Origin: Lama glama | Taxonomy: Eukaryota | DNA: 64,000 nucleotides | Reading direction: 5' to 3' | Assembly: GCA_028534125.1 (NCBI GenBank) | Contig: CM052816.1 | Coordinates: 44,084,001-44,148,000, forward strand | Shown: one piece after another, positions 1 through 13,059 of the stretch | Position numbering within the stretch: the first letter of the stretch is position 1 | Layout of the letters: each line of letters opens with the position of its first letter | Notes under the pieces: generated by a model | The model's database searches: none | Seen by the model: only the letters and a program-made list of their open reading frames with translations | What the model was told of the DNA's origin: nothing | Translations under genes and position numbers: made by a program

Positions 1-1139
1 AAATGTAAATATGTGAAAATTAATACAGACATATGTACTTTTCCTATTTAAGCCGAAAATTTCTACAAACCTTTAATGCTTACCTTTTACACTTAGTCTT
101 CCTAACATCACTGGTGTTTTAATCTTTGACATTTTCCTTAGACCCCTGTGCTCTTGTTTTCCAAGCCCATTTTGTTCTGGATAGGCAAAATACGAACACT
201 GCTCAAAACTTTCCTGCACAGATGATGTTTTTAAAAAGGCAGATATACAAAGGTTGGTTTCCATTTCCTGAAATTAATAAAAGTCATTCTATGCGATGGC
301 TCTTTAGGAGAGAAAATACATTATTTTATGGAAGATGTTTAAAAAAATGGTATGCAGACTTCTCTTGCTCTGCATTATATCCAGTCCAGCTAAAAGAAGA
401 TTCAGTACTCTGACTTACATTTTTACGTGCTGGATTAGTCTTTATATTTGTTTTGATAGAAAAGCAGGCAACAGCCTATTTCATGGACAATAAATTCAAG
501 ATAGTAATGATGAGATAGTATTGCCTCAGCTAAGTGCACCCAGATTGGAGGGTCGCATATTTGACCTCGATCTAGTATGGTCCTTAATGAATCTATATAT
601 TTGATTAGAGTTACTGTCTTTTTATGGCTCAAAATAGCTTTGCATGGAAAACTAGCTCATGTTAAGTCGAGTTGGGAGAATCATTTTGCTTCCGATTCAT
701 CTCTAAAACTTTTCGAAAGACTTTCAAGTGCTTGCTTTAAAATACTACCCTCCCAGAAAGCTGCCCTCCCACTTTCGACTCTGGTTTTGTTTCACAGTCT
801 TCATCACATAGGGAAAAAAATCCTTCTCTGCCACCTTGTAATGATATGAAAAATTCTTTTTTTTCAAATAATCAGTATAATTACTGAGATTTGGTTTAAA
901 GCCCTCGTCTTGCAGTTATTTCAGAAATTTTCAGGTCTTCCATACCTATCCCATTTTGTAGAACAGAATTGAAGAAAGGATGCTGGCATGTCATGTTGAG
1001 ACATTTGTGTAACAGGGAAAAGAAATCAACAGGAAAGATTAGAACCCGGACCTATTACATGCCTTTTGTTCTATTTTGTGGGTGCTTTGTTTCCTTTATT
1101 CATTTATTTTTATTAGTATTCTGTCAGCTTCAGAACCAT

Positions 1140-1440
1140 TGGGATATTTATAGGATCCGGTCACAGATATCACCATTAACATTCCAGTTTGCATGCAACG
1201 CACCTTCTTTATTGCGCAAAGGTCTTTTCCAGTCTCCCTGCTTCCGCAGTGCAGCGCCTCCTTATCTGTGCTTCCAACTCCATCTATCTGTCTCTCTGCT
1301 TCTCTCACTGCATCGCTCACTCTTAATTTGGGGAAGTGATTTCTTACTTCTTGTCACTCTCCTTCTTTCTCCCACTCACTCTCAATCCATCAGAGCTGTT
1401 TCCTGATTCCGTGACTCCTCTGGACTCCTGTATCTCCGTC
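1140..1440. promoter_or_regulatory. Candidate promoter/5' UTR-like region (orientation uncertain)
   Basis: Repeat-free and locally CpG-richer. TATAAATA on minus strand (1152-1145), perfect C/EBP palindrome TTGCGCAA (1212-1219), GATA site CTTATCT (1261-1267), long CT-rich tract 1260-1400. Motif-only evidence. Confidence 0.3.
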
Positions 1441-3265
1441 CCTCTTTCAGAAATATGATCAAGATTCTTTTTTTCCTCTTTTTTTTTTTAAATGCAGTTT
1501 TCTGAAAGCCTTCTTTTCCTTTATTATCCTTTTCTACCTTTTAGGAGTTGAAGAGTAGACAAAATTAGGCAGTAAAATACTAATTTCACATCACTATGTA
1601 TACTCCTGAAGAAATAAATATGTTCTAAAAGTTTCTGCTAAGTATCAAATGGTGGGCTTCCGTAGTCTTACTCATTAAGAAATGTAGTGAACATTTTAAA
1701 TCAAGAATATTTAAAGATGCAACATTTAGCTCTTAGGTGTGAAGTACTATCTCTAATAACAACAGAAAATGAGAATACAGATAGACAGGTTGTTCATATT
1801 TCCGAATGTGTTACCTACTGCTGGGCTGAGGTCTGAATCCTCAAAGAGCAAAAGTGGTGGGATTCCAGGTTTTTAGTATACCATATCAGATGCTTGCATT
1901 GCTTTTGTATTACTGCTCCTCCACATTCTAAAATGTTTTGGCCACCTTTCTTTTTAATATACAATCTTGATTGGATGTATTTTCCCGAAAATTACAGTGC
2001 CAGAACAGTTGCCATTCTAACAATACCAGAAGTTTCAAGCAGAATTCAATAGTTACAAGGATTTTAAAAATAGCATTAATATTTTCCTAAGCCCTTCACA
2101 ATGAGTACTGTATATAGGTCAGTTTTCCCTAAGTTTTAAAGGTAAAACAAAAATGCAACTTAAGAAAAGACTACTGCATCTACTTGAGAACTTCTTTCTC
2201 ACTTGAGTTATAAACAAGGTAAATTTTCAGTCACATGCCACCAAAAGTAAGCATCACAAACATGACTATTTTAATATATACTTTAATTCCGTATAATTCC
2301 AATTTTGAATGGGAATTCCTTAGGAACTCTGTCAAATGAACACTGCCTCAAAAAAAAAAAAAGCACAGCTCTATTGGCAGAGAGAGCTCTGAATGCTAAT
2401 GCAAGTGAAAAAAGCTAGGAGAAACCAACAAACTTTAGGGGCAAAATAAACCTCACGGTTAAAAATAAATTGAGGACACTAGAGCAATCTCTACTTTGTC
2501 TGTAACATAATTTGTAAATTAATTTTTTTCTCAGTAAGATAATGACACAAGCGCCCTTCCAATAATTACTGGGGAAAAAAAAAAAACCCTGAATGATATA
2601 AACGTAACTCAAAAGGAAATAAATTGATTTTTTTTTTGCTCCGTGTAATTGTCACATAAGTAGGCCATAAGCTATGATGTAGGCAACACTCACAGCTTAT
2701 TATAAGCGTGCTCCCATTTCCATAGTCCATTTTCACATATCCTAATAAACAGAATAAAATATTTAACATGATGGTAAAGCTCAGTTTTTCTCCCACCTCT
2801 GTGTGGCAATAATTTCATAGCTCAATATCCTGTACATTTTTCCTTGAGAGGATGAAGTTTTTTTTTTTTTGAATGGTATCCATCTATTTTGCTGTCTTAG
2901 CAGGGATACGTTAGCCAGACCCAACACTGAACACGTTTTTATTTCTTACCATCGAAAAGACAGCCAGATAGCTCATTAAAATATATCAGTGAATAAGAAC
3001 TTCTTTCTTTAAATTAACTAATATCTAAGTTTAATGAAGCTCAGTTTATAGTGATTTTCTGGCTGAAGTGCTCTTCTTTCTGCCTAATTATGTGCAGGGC
3101 TTTCAGACAACAAGGCGTGTCTTTAACATTAGATAAGAACCTGGGCTTTTATCTCAATCAATAGTCTTTAGCCTTTGAACTCGTGTCAGAGGAAGACCAG
3201 TCCGTCATGTTCAGTTCTACCTGATCTCTTTTTCTTCTTGATGCATGCTGCCATTTACAAAAGAA

Positions 3266-3321
3266 ACACACACGCACACACACACACTCTCACGCATGCT
3301 CATTCACACCCACGCACACAC
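3266..3321. repeat. Imperfect (CA)n microsatellite
   Basis: acacacacgcacacacacacactctcacgcatgc...cacacccacgcacacac seen directly. Confidence 0.85.
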
Positions 3322-3499
3322 CTAAGATATAAGCAGGCAAAGTGTTTAGATTATTTTCGTCTCCCTGTGTGTATGTGCATGCGCACAAGCGTGTGTGGAC
3401 AGGATCCTTTATGGCTGTAAAGATGTGTGACTGTAATGATGATGTTAAAATTTTCTTGTTTCCTTTCACTGGGCTTTGTGTATCTCAAAGGAGCCCCAT

Positions 3500-3830
3500 A
3501 TGGTGCTCTTTGTCCGTGTCATTACCTCGTTACAGCCACTGTCTGCCAGCCAAAGGTAGACCGAGTGCTGCAGCTGTAGACAGCGATACAACTGGAATTG
3601 TCTAAGGTCAACAGTGCCGTAATTACTTTAAAATGTCAGCGTACAATAAAATACAACAGTTCATCTGGCAGAAAGCAAATTAGCTTTGACCATAGCGTAA
3701 TTACCCTTTTCTCAGCACCATTAGAAGAGATCAAATCTCCACATTCAGTGTTTGAGGAAAGGCCATCAGAGTACACTCTACCTGACAAGGATGCACATTT
3801 GCCATTTTGAGATGTAATTAATTGTCCCTA
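3500..3830. promoter_or_regulatory. Candidate conserved non-coding element / enhancer
   Basis: Repeat-free with retained CpGs; CGTAATTAC twice (3618-3626, 3696-3704) and a nuclear-receptor half-site AAGGTCA (3604-3610). Conservation not testable here. Confidence 0.35.
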
Positions 3831-5389
3831 TAATAGAAATTTTTATATTTGACTCTGGAATTGAAATGTGTAATAACCTGGCTTCTTCGTTTTAACCATT
3901 TTGATGCTGGAAAGAAAGCTGTGTTTTGCCAAGTGCAAATAAGTGGTATCAGTATCATCCGGAACATATTTTTCAGTTTGATAACAATTAGCTCTACAGC
4001 AGGAGTGATTTTTCTGAAGCCACTTCCATACATATTAAGAATGGTACTAATATCTAGATACTACATCAGAGGAACCAAATTAAGAAATGAACATCATTAA
4101 ACTCTTCTTTTCATGGCTTCTTTTTCTTCTTTGCATGCGTATTTCCTATCTGGCTGGGATAATGTGAAGTGAAGTGGCTTTTAGAGTGACTTATTAAAGG
4201 CTGATTTCCGCCAGTGATCTTCATCTACACTTCCACCGCACACACAAGGGCAGTCTAGGTAAAAGAGTGGCCCTCCCCCATCTCCCACAGGATTAATGTG
4301 CCATTAAACCAAGACATCCTCTTTTTTTTTTTTCCCAAAGACACTCATCATTAATGGTGGAGGGTACAAATACACCAATGATATAGTAATTTGATTAACT
4401 CAGAAACAAACAGCAAGGAGCTGACCAGTGACAGTCCCTGTAGGGCAAAGACTTCACTGCTTGTTGACTTTCATTAATATTTAAGGGCGCCAAAGATGCT
4501 TTAAGCTGATTTGAAATGACTTAAGGTGTCTGAGCTGGATTTCTCCTTGTGCCTGCTTGTAGATACACATGAAAAACAGCTGTTTTGTATCAGAAGAGCC
4601 TTGCACTGTATTTAGAGAATTCCACCACCATAAAGATGTTTACATTTTCTTGATGTTTCATTCACTGTGTTGTGGGCTTCTTCATAGTTTTTCAACTGAA
4701 AACGTGTTCTCTTGGGTTCAGAAATCTCCCTTTTGAGCACATATCTCCTGGAGGGAAAACTATCTATGAAACCAACAAGGAACTTTATAGTGGGCAAGAA
4801 AATTCTTAACATGACCTTTTCTCATTGAACCATTGCTAGTTTTAATGTGCTAAAGCCAAAACAATAAACAGGCTTTCTGGTAAAATCACTGTAGCATATC
4901 ATTGATCAGTTTCTCTCTCCAGAGCAGAAAATCACGGCATATACTGTGCTTTCTCCCCAACTGCTGGGTTGCTTTGTTCTTCCTCAATGTCATTTACAAC
5001 TCTTAGATCATGTCACAATGTCAGAAAAAAATAAGGCCAGGAAAACATTTTAAAAATAAGCAAAATGGTCAGATAAAACTTTAAATAGACGTGAACATTT
5101 AGGAAGAAGGGAAAATTCTTTCTTTGAGGTCCATCTAGTTCTAGATAAATAAAGATGCCTGTGAATATGTTTAATGGATAATTTGTAGAATTCAGGGACG
5201 TAAATATCACAGGGTGAGCTTGAAGGACTTAGACTGACACTTTCAAATTGGCAAGACTGACCAAACTGAAACATTCAGCTGCCCGGGAATGGCATAAATT
5301 AATGGCTTGCTGTTAATTGGAAAGAGAAGTGATTTTTTTCTACCCAATAATACTTGGAAGAGCCGTTGGAAGGCTAATCAGGTGTCTGA

Positions 5390-5890
5390 AATTTGCATTA
5401 GCCTTGACTTTAAGGCCTTTGACAATCTCACCCAAATTCATCTTCAGTCTTACCTTTTCCCAATGCAAACTCTCTGCTCCAGCTTACACTGTCCCCACCT
5501 TCCATGTCCCTGCCATGTAACCATGGGTTTCTCCAACTTGGTGCCCAAAATGCCGTCTATGTTGCCTTCCCTACTGTTTATTACCCTCCGAATATGATTC
5601 ATATCCCACTGTCTGTCTCAGTAGTACATCCATAATGATGACCTCCAGGTCCATTTCACAATTGTATCTTGTCTCCTGAATATCTAAAAATTTTATCATT
5701 TGTGGAAATAATCAGCAATTAGGTGGTTTTCAAATTTTTCATATTTCTCCTTTTGTTTAATTTGTATAAATCTTGTTTTAATACTAAAAGTGAATTCTTA
5801 GGGCAATGATCACATATTGTCATTGCTTCCTCCTCTGGTCTGCTATAGTGCTATGCACATGTTAGGCATTTTAAAAAACATTAAATAAAA
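5390..5890 (+). mobile_element. L2 LINE 3' fragment (highly diverged)
   Basis: ttagccttgactttaaggcctttgacaatct...ctctgctccagc...tagtgctatgcacatgttaggc resembles the L2 3' region. Confidence 0.6.
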
Positions 5891-6982
5891 TAATTTATTC
5901 AAGGATTTGGGAAATTTGGCAAAAAATATAAAAGCATTGGTATCCATATAAAATTAATGACTATTAATTACATATGGCAAAAAGGATTAAGAAAAATACA
6001 AAATCTGAATCCTAAATACAAAAATACACTTCTTCAGGTTTTTATATTAAATCCACAATAACTCAAAAGCATAAACTTATTTTCATTTGATCCAGTGGCA
6101 TAAACTAAATAACTCAAAGTGAAAACATAGTCTACATATACTATAAATGACATAAAGCCAGGAAGATGTAAATCAAAAGCTAACATAGTTTCTGTGTTAC
6201 ATATTTGGTATCTGGGAAAAAAATAAAAGCAAGCATTCTTGAGGAAATCACAAAATAGATTTATCAAAAGATGTTGTAAAAATGTAAAGAGAGAGATAAA
6301 TCTTGGGGAACAGAAAGATTAAAACTAACATGTGCAACAGTTATAGCTAACATGTTCCTTATGGAATTTGGCCTGCATTGGGTAGAAAGGCAAACAACTT
6401 GTATAGAAAATAATGCCCATCAGTTTTCTTCAGTCAACTCAGCAGTCATTTAAAGGCATCCAGTTATTCATTTGACATTTCCTATACATTAGTAACCCCA
6501 GTTTCTAAGATTATATTTTTATAATAAATATTTGTGAAAACTATCAGCCCACTCTACATTTTTCCTTTCAATGCTGACAACAGAAAGCATTTCCTTTTCA
6601 ATTAATTGAAGTCATTAAATCTTTCTTCCTTTAAACTACAAATAGAATTGGACATGCAAGTCCTAGTACTTTACTGAGCTTTAGATGAAAAATAAAGGCA
6701 AGCTTAACATGAAGAATTAAAGATGTTTTAATTTATACAAATTTATTTTAACCCTTTTCATAATACCCCTTAGTTTGGAGCTATTTAATTTTACATATAA
6801 TGCCTAGCAATCTTAATACATTTTCAGGAGTAGTTTTGCTTGACTACTCTCTGAGCAAACTATTTCATGCCTTTACTTCTCTTGTTAAAACACACATTGT
6901 TCCACTTCTTCTCATTTTCAGCTGATGACTTTGCTTTTAATCCACTGACAAAAACAAAACAAATGAAAACCAACAAATGAAT

Positions 6983-8668
6983 GACTTCTACCACTGGCCA
7001 AGATGAGAAAGGAGGGACTAGGTTTACCCTCCAAGCCCACATAACTAAAACAAACTGTAAAAAAAAAAAAAAATTTTCAAGACAATGGTAATCAAGCAGC
7101 AAAGTATAGTGATTCAGGAAAGATGGGAAATCAATTAGGTAAGCTGTATTACTGCCACATTTTGCTGCCTTAGGAGAGATTCCAGGTTGTGGTACAAGGA
7201 AAAACACTAGGGAACCCAGCATTACTCTTGCATTGAGGAGAAAGACCCAAGAGTCTGGGAAGACGAAGGTAAGTATATGTCTCAGAGCAGAGTACCAGAG
7301 GAAACAGAGATCTGCATGAAGAGAGAGAGCCCCAGAGACTAGCAGAAAAAACTTAATGGAGCAGTGATGAGGGTCTGCATCTGAAGAAACCACTCAAGGC
7401 CAGAGAAAGAACTAACCAGTAGGTTTGAAGGGAACAGTGTCAAGGCTCACACCGGGTCTAGAATAATGCCTGTTCTCACCAGCTAGGGAGGAAAACTCAT
7501 AATCCATGGGATTCTAGGTAGAGTACTCAAGGAGGTCTTGCCTCAGTAGTGGGAAATAATTAACCCTAGACTATGCAGTCTTCCACATCCATCTTAAAGA
7601 GTCATCATAAAAGACCCAAAATGATTGAAAAGTTTCCAAGTAAATTAATTTTGTTCCAAAGAAAAACTCAAGAATATTTATAGGAATACAAAATATGCAG
7701 CATCCAATAAGGTAAAATTAACAATGTCTGGCATCCAATCAAAGATTACCAGACATGCAAAGAAGCAGGAAAATGATATACATAATGAATAATCAATCAA
7801 TAAAAACAGGCAGTAGACTGAGCAGACAAGAATTAGAATAGTTTTTATAATTGTATTCTATGTGTTAAAAAGTTAAAAAGAGACTTCTTTTTAAAGTTAA
7901 GATTATAAAATAACAAGCAACCAAAAAAACCACCTAAATCAAGCTTCTAAATAGGAAAGTTACAATATCTGAGATGAAAAATACATGAATGAGATTAGTG
8001 GAAATTTAGACTTCTCATGAACATAGATGTAAAATTTTAACATAATTTCAACATGTATTTTACAATATGTTGAAAAAATGATACAATATGATCAAATGGG
8101 GTTTATCCCAGGAATATAGGGCTGATTTATCATTAAAATATCAAACAATGCAATTCACTGAATTAGCAACAAAAAAGAAAATGATTATCTCAATAAAGGA
8201 AGAAAAAAGCATTTGACAAAATCCAATAGCCATTTACAATAAAAACTGAGCAAACTGGGATTCTGAGGGAACTTCTTCAATTTAATAAAAGGCATCTACA
8301 AAATACCTACAGCTAACAATGTATTTAATAGTTACAGACTAAATTTTTTCTCCCTGAGAATAAGACAGAAACATCCACACTCCCACTTCTACTCAGTATT
8401 GTACTGTGGTTCTAGACAGTAAAGTGAGGCAAGAAAAATAGAAGGCATCAGACTGGGAAAGAAGTAAAACCATCTTTATTTTTAGATGACATGAGCATGT
8501 AAGTAGAAAATGCAGTGAGAACTAGAGAAAGGCTTACAAGAATTAACAAGCAAATTTGTCAAGATTGCAGGATACAGAACAAATATATGTATAAAATCAA
8601 TTGCATTTATATATACTAGAAATTGATAGTCAAAAACTTGAATTAAGAAAACAATACCACTTAGAATA
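6983..8668 (+). mobile_element. Old L1 (L1M4/L1MD-like): 5' UTR and ORF1 start joined to an ORF2 RT segment
   Basis: Starts gacttctaccactggccaagatg...gggactaggtttaccctcc (L1M 5' end-like). About 8080-8660 encodes degraded IQYDQMGFIPGI.G.FII, matching L1 ORF2p IHHDQVGFIPGMQGWFNI, and gcatttgacaaaatccaa (AFDKIQ). Confidence 0.85.
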
Positions 8669-8669
8669 G

Positions 8670-9045
8670 TCCTTATTCTTCTCCATTCTAGGCCTCAATT
8701 CAGTGTGCTCCAGCCACACCGAGTTATTCTCCATTTCTCAAACAACTAATTGATTATGGCCTTGGAAGTTTTGTTCTTGCTGTTCTCTGTCAGAAGCACT
8801 TCTCTGCTGTATCTGCTTATAGCTAATTATTGCATAATCCAGACCTCAGAAGAAATATCAACTCCACTGCTAGGTCATCTCTAATCCTTCTATCTGAAAT
8901 AGCTACCACTAGAATTATTTTCATCAGAGATCGATCGTTGTCTATGCATTGATTTATTTTTGTCATCTTGTTCACTGCTTGCATTTCATCACCTGGAACA
9001 ATATTTCAGAGATAGTTAGCACCCAGCAAATGACATGCATGGATT
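8670..9045 (+). mobile_element. L2 LINE 3' end fragment
   Basis: gtgctccagccacacc...ttgttcttgctgttctctg...cttgttcactgc...cctggaacaata is L2 3'-like. Confidence 0.65.
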
Positions 9046-9339
9046 GTTATTAAAGGAAACGCTGAATGTCCATGGTATATATTATGTGGGTAGCATACTT
9101 AAAAGTGAGATGTTTTAAAGTATTGGTTCATTTTTAAAGAGTTTTTGCTTCTGTTTTGCAACTTTTCTAAAAATAATTAATTTTTCACAAAATAGTGAGC
9201 AGTTATTGTCTCTGTGGTATCAGAAAATGTGATGGTGTCCTAGTCATTCCTGAGTGCTGTCTAACGGCAATGGTGGGATAGGAATACTGGACTCCAGGAG
9301 AGGTATCTGCAATTAGAGTGAATAACTCTATCCTGGGTG

Positions 9340-9565
9340 TATACAACATACATGCTAGTTGCTTTTCATGTGCCATTCCATTTATTCAAATTACAACCGT
9401 AAGTATCATTATTTCTATTTTGCAGATGGAGAAATTGAGTCTTAGTAAAGAAAATTAGCTTAAAATTAACTTACCTGTTATGACAGAGAAGGTGTATGAC
9501 ATCCCTACACCAATTTTGAGGTTGATCAGACCTGAGTTTCACCTGAGATATTTCTGTTATACCAC
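9340..9565 (-). mobile_element. MIR SINE
   Basis: tattttgcagatggagaaattgag matches the antisense MIR core (attttacagatgaggaaactgag). Confidence 0.7.
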
Positions 9566-11639
9566 ATAGGTTTTGAGAGAAAATGTAGGTGAATGTTGCT
9601 GTACATGTTTAGAGATTTAGAGATAGGTTGTCCTTATTCAGTGAACAAATACTTAAAAAAGGCCAATTCAGAAATGTAATTAGTTAACTTACCCAGATTT
9701 TTCACTGATTCAATTTTCTAAAAGTGGAACAACATAGGACCATAAAGGACCAGGATGACTGTATTGATTAGAGAATCCAGTTCTAAGAAAGGACAAGTTT
9801 CTGACTTATTATTTTACACAAAATATTTTCTCTGTCGTACTTATGGCCTACTGATTTTATATAATCATGTCATCAATACATGCAACTGCTCTAAAATAGT
9901 ACATAGTACATTGAATAGGAGATCGTGGATGGTTCAGAACTAGTTATCTCTAAGAGAACCCATTAGCCTCACCTTTTGCAAAAATACTTTTAATTAAAGT
10001 TTATGTGCTGAGTACCACTTTGGAGATGGGCACTACTTTTTGTTTCAAATTGTTTCTAAAATTAACACTCATAAAAACAGCATAATCTTTCTATCCTCCC
10101 ATCCCCATGAAGGTGGAAGTCCCATCTTACTCTAATATATAAGCTTAATTATTACTTTTTTTCCGAATGACATCACCCTCTTGTTTTAAAAGTCAGTTAT
10201 TATACATATCCCTAAATGGTGGCATGTGTTAGCTTAGGACCAATGGAAAGGATCAGGTGCATATGCTTAAGTAAAAAACCATGTCAGAGTGAATTTCATA
10301 CTGATACAGGGTAACAGCAACAGGCAAGGGAAAACCGAATACCACATGGAGGCCATTTGTTCCTTCAAAGCATGATGCAGATTCAAACCTTCAGATAAAA
10401 ATGTACAAGCCACCAACTTCAAAGAAGGAGCATTAAAAAGTAAAAAAGCAACAATTGAAAATTATACTTTGCATACATAAACACTTAGTGTGCACATGTG
10501 TGCTGGTACCTCCCATTCATAGAGCATCTCTGATGTCAAACCATATTGTCTTAATAGCTGAATTCAAAGATAACTTTTAACTCTGAATTCATAATGCTTT
10601 GTGTACATAAAAAAATTCATAAGTTTCTGTAAAAATTCTGGGATATACAACATTTAACATTATTTACATTTAATTAGGCAAAATCAAATCCTACAAAGTT
10701 GGTTCATTAGATTTCTCCAAGGCCAGTTGTTTATGTAAGCACTGAATCATTAATATGCAGTTTCTTCCATAATTATAAGGCTGTCAGATAAGAAACCTGC
10801 TGCCTAGGACAGATAAAGAAGCTTGGAGATAGTCACAGATATAAACCCCAGTTCACACTGCTGGAGCATTTGGAAAAGTCTTGCATGAAAACTTGAATCA
10901 CTTTACAAAGGCAAACAACAGGGACTCAAATGGAGCAGTAAAAACCAAGTTAATGTTTGTTTGTTTTTTTCTCCTTTTAAAATACAGAATCTACTAGGAA
11001 AATCAAACATTGAAGTTTTTATTTCAGTTACTATTCTTCTCATTTAAAGACTTAATTAGAAATGTAGAGATATTTTTCTCAACAGAGATATTTAGATGAA
11101 GATAAGCCCAAGTTATATCTCCATCCATAGTAATAATGACCTAAAATGTTGCCAGCCTGTTTCTCTAAGTACTGTTCTAAACATTATTTCCAAACACATA
11201 GGCATATCTGCAAATTTTTTGAATTCTTTAACAAGATGTTAATATAATCTCTCATTTATGTAAAACCCTCAAAATCACACTCTTAGTGAAATCATTTTCA
11301 GTCCTGTATGATGATTCTTATGTAGCTTAATCCTCTTCCTTTACTATTGAGGGACTGCAAATAACATCTGCATCTGGTGCTTGCTCCTGTACACTTTCAG
11401 TAGAACCCAACTCTGCCTCTGTATCCTTCAGTCTTTCTTCCCAGGCATCTTTCTACTTTGGTGACCAAAAAAAAAAAAAAAAAATCATGCCACTAGTACA
11501 AAATGTCCTTTGTTGTTTCACCTCTTCCTGTATATCTCCCCTTGATGCAGTGTCAGACTCCCTGTGGCCCGAAGCACTGAAGCCTTATTTCTATTCCCTC
11601 TTATAGAGGATGCAGTCAACCTCTGCAGGGCAACTAAAG

Positions 11640-11877
11640 CAATATTTTACCAATTTCTTGAGGGGTCCTGAGAAGGAGGAAAAAAACATATTTTTGTTAA
11701 GCAACTTGCATAATATACTATCCCTCTTAGAGTTTTACCATGTTAATTAATTTAAAAATGCTGAAAACAGAGCAGAAAAGAAATTGAGTTTTCTTTGTTA
11801 ACCCAGTATTTTCCAATCTATTTGAATGCATAAACTTTTACTTTCTGTAATAGCCAAGAAAAATTTTTGGAAACTGG
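11640..11877. mobile_element. hAT-Charlie-type MITE remnant (MER103/Charlie-like)
   Basis: ccctcttagagtttt...ctttgttaacccagtattttccaatctatttga...tttggaaactg resembles Charlie-derived MITE ends. Confidence 0.5.
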
Positions 11878-11959
11878 ATTTTTAAATGATCACTCTTACT
11901 GTCTTGTACACTGATGTTCTCTTTAATAAATAACTTTAAGAATACGTTATGCTTTCATT

Positions 11960-12300
11960 TTTACCCTGTGTAGTCCCATCATCCTTGGTGATTTCCATAT
12001 ATTCAAATTGCCCATTAAACAGCTAAGCCTCTCAGTTCACCACTTTCTTCAATACAACTTTTTTTTTAATTCTACATCAACCTTCATAACAGCATGACTA
12101 CATCCTTTCTTTACCTCAAAACAAGACTTTCAATTCCAAATCTCCTCATCTTCAACTCCATCCTCTTTGCCTGACACACTTCCAGTCAGAGTGTCCAACA
12201 ACCAGTATTACCTCCTTTGGGGACTCTGGTCAAGCAAGCCCTCTGAATTAGCTCCATTCATTCCATCTTTTCGCTCTTTGCCACCCAATGGGAGCTTCAT
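11960..12300 (+). mobile_element. L2 LINE internal (endonuclease-region) fragment
   Basis: ccatcatccttggtgatttcc (IILGDF-like) followed by C/T-rich L2-like sequence. Confidence 0.45.
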
Positions 12301-13059
12301 GACTAGTAATATCAGGGCTGCCCAACCTCTCTGCTAGGGTGCTATTGTCTCCTTCATCTTTTATGGCTGAGCCTCAGTTCAGCGCTTCTCTTATCTGACA
12401 TTTCTTTTCTTTGTTCCTGCCCCAAATTAATTGTAGAAAAAAAAATCGAAGACCTTTCCAGATATTGATCCACTTTAACATGATTGAACTAGGTATCCCC
12501 GGATGGTAACTCCACAGCAGTGGACACTATAAGAGACACTTAACTCTCCTAGTGTTGGCAGTGGTTTGCCTGAATGAGTAACAGTTTTGGAGGAAGAGAC
12601 TTAACAACTCAAGGGTGGGTCCATCAGAGTTCATGGATTAGAGATTCCCTCAATGTTAATGAAAGGATCCCTGTACATTCTTGAGATGATTTAGATAACC
12701 GATTTCTCTCACTTTGTTGAATGTTCATTTGAGAATCAGATTATTTCCCTTTTTCATTCTTTGATTAGAAGGAGGAAAGAGAAGAAGAGAATGAAATTAT
12801 AGACTTTGAAGGATGGGGAAAACTCAAGAGTTTGTGATGTTTGGAAGAAATGCTTTGGGTAGTCAGAGATCAGTATAAAAATGAGGTTCCTAGAAGGTAG
12901 AAGAAATCTGCCTCAGAAGTGAAAGCAGTCAAAGGTAACTTCAGCTAATCTATAATTTTGACAGAATGATTTTTGCTACAGACTGTTCACCCATGTATTT
13001 TAGATAAGAATCATCTCCTGGATGTGTTGGGGCCACCTGACAAGAACTGTCAATGTTTA

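Noticed and set aside
969..1406. 145-aa plus-strand ORF
   Set aside because: Non-ATG start; Leu/Ser richness is explained by the CT-rich tract; no domain recognised.
6860..7393. Longest ORF in the track (177 aa, minus strand)
   Set aside because: Antisense to an old L1 5' region; Leu/Phe-rich composition is expected from T-rich sequence; no recognisable homology.
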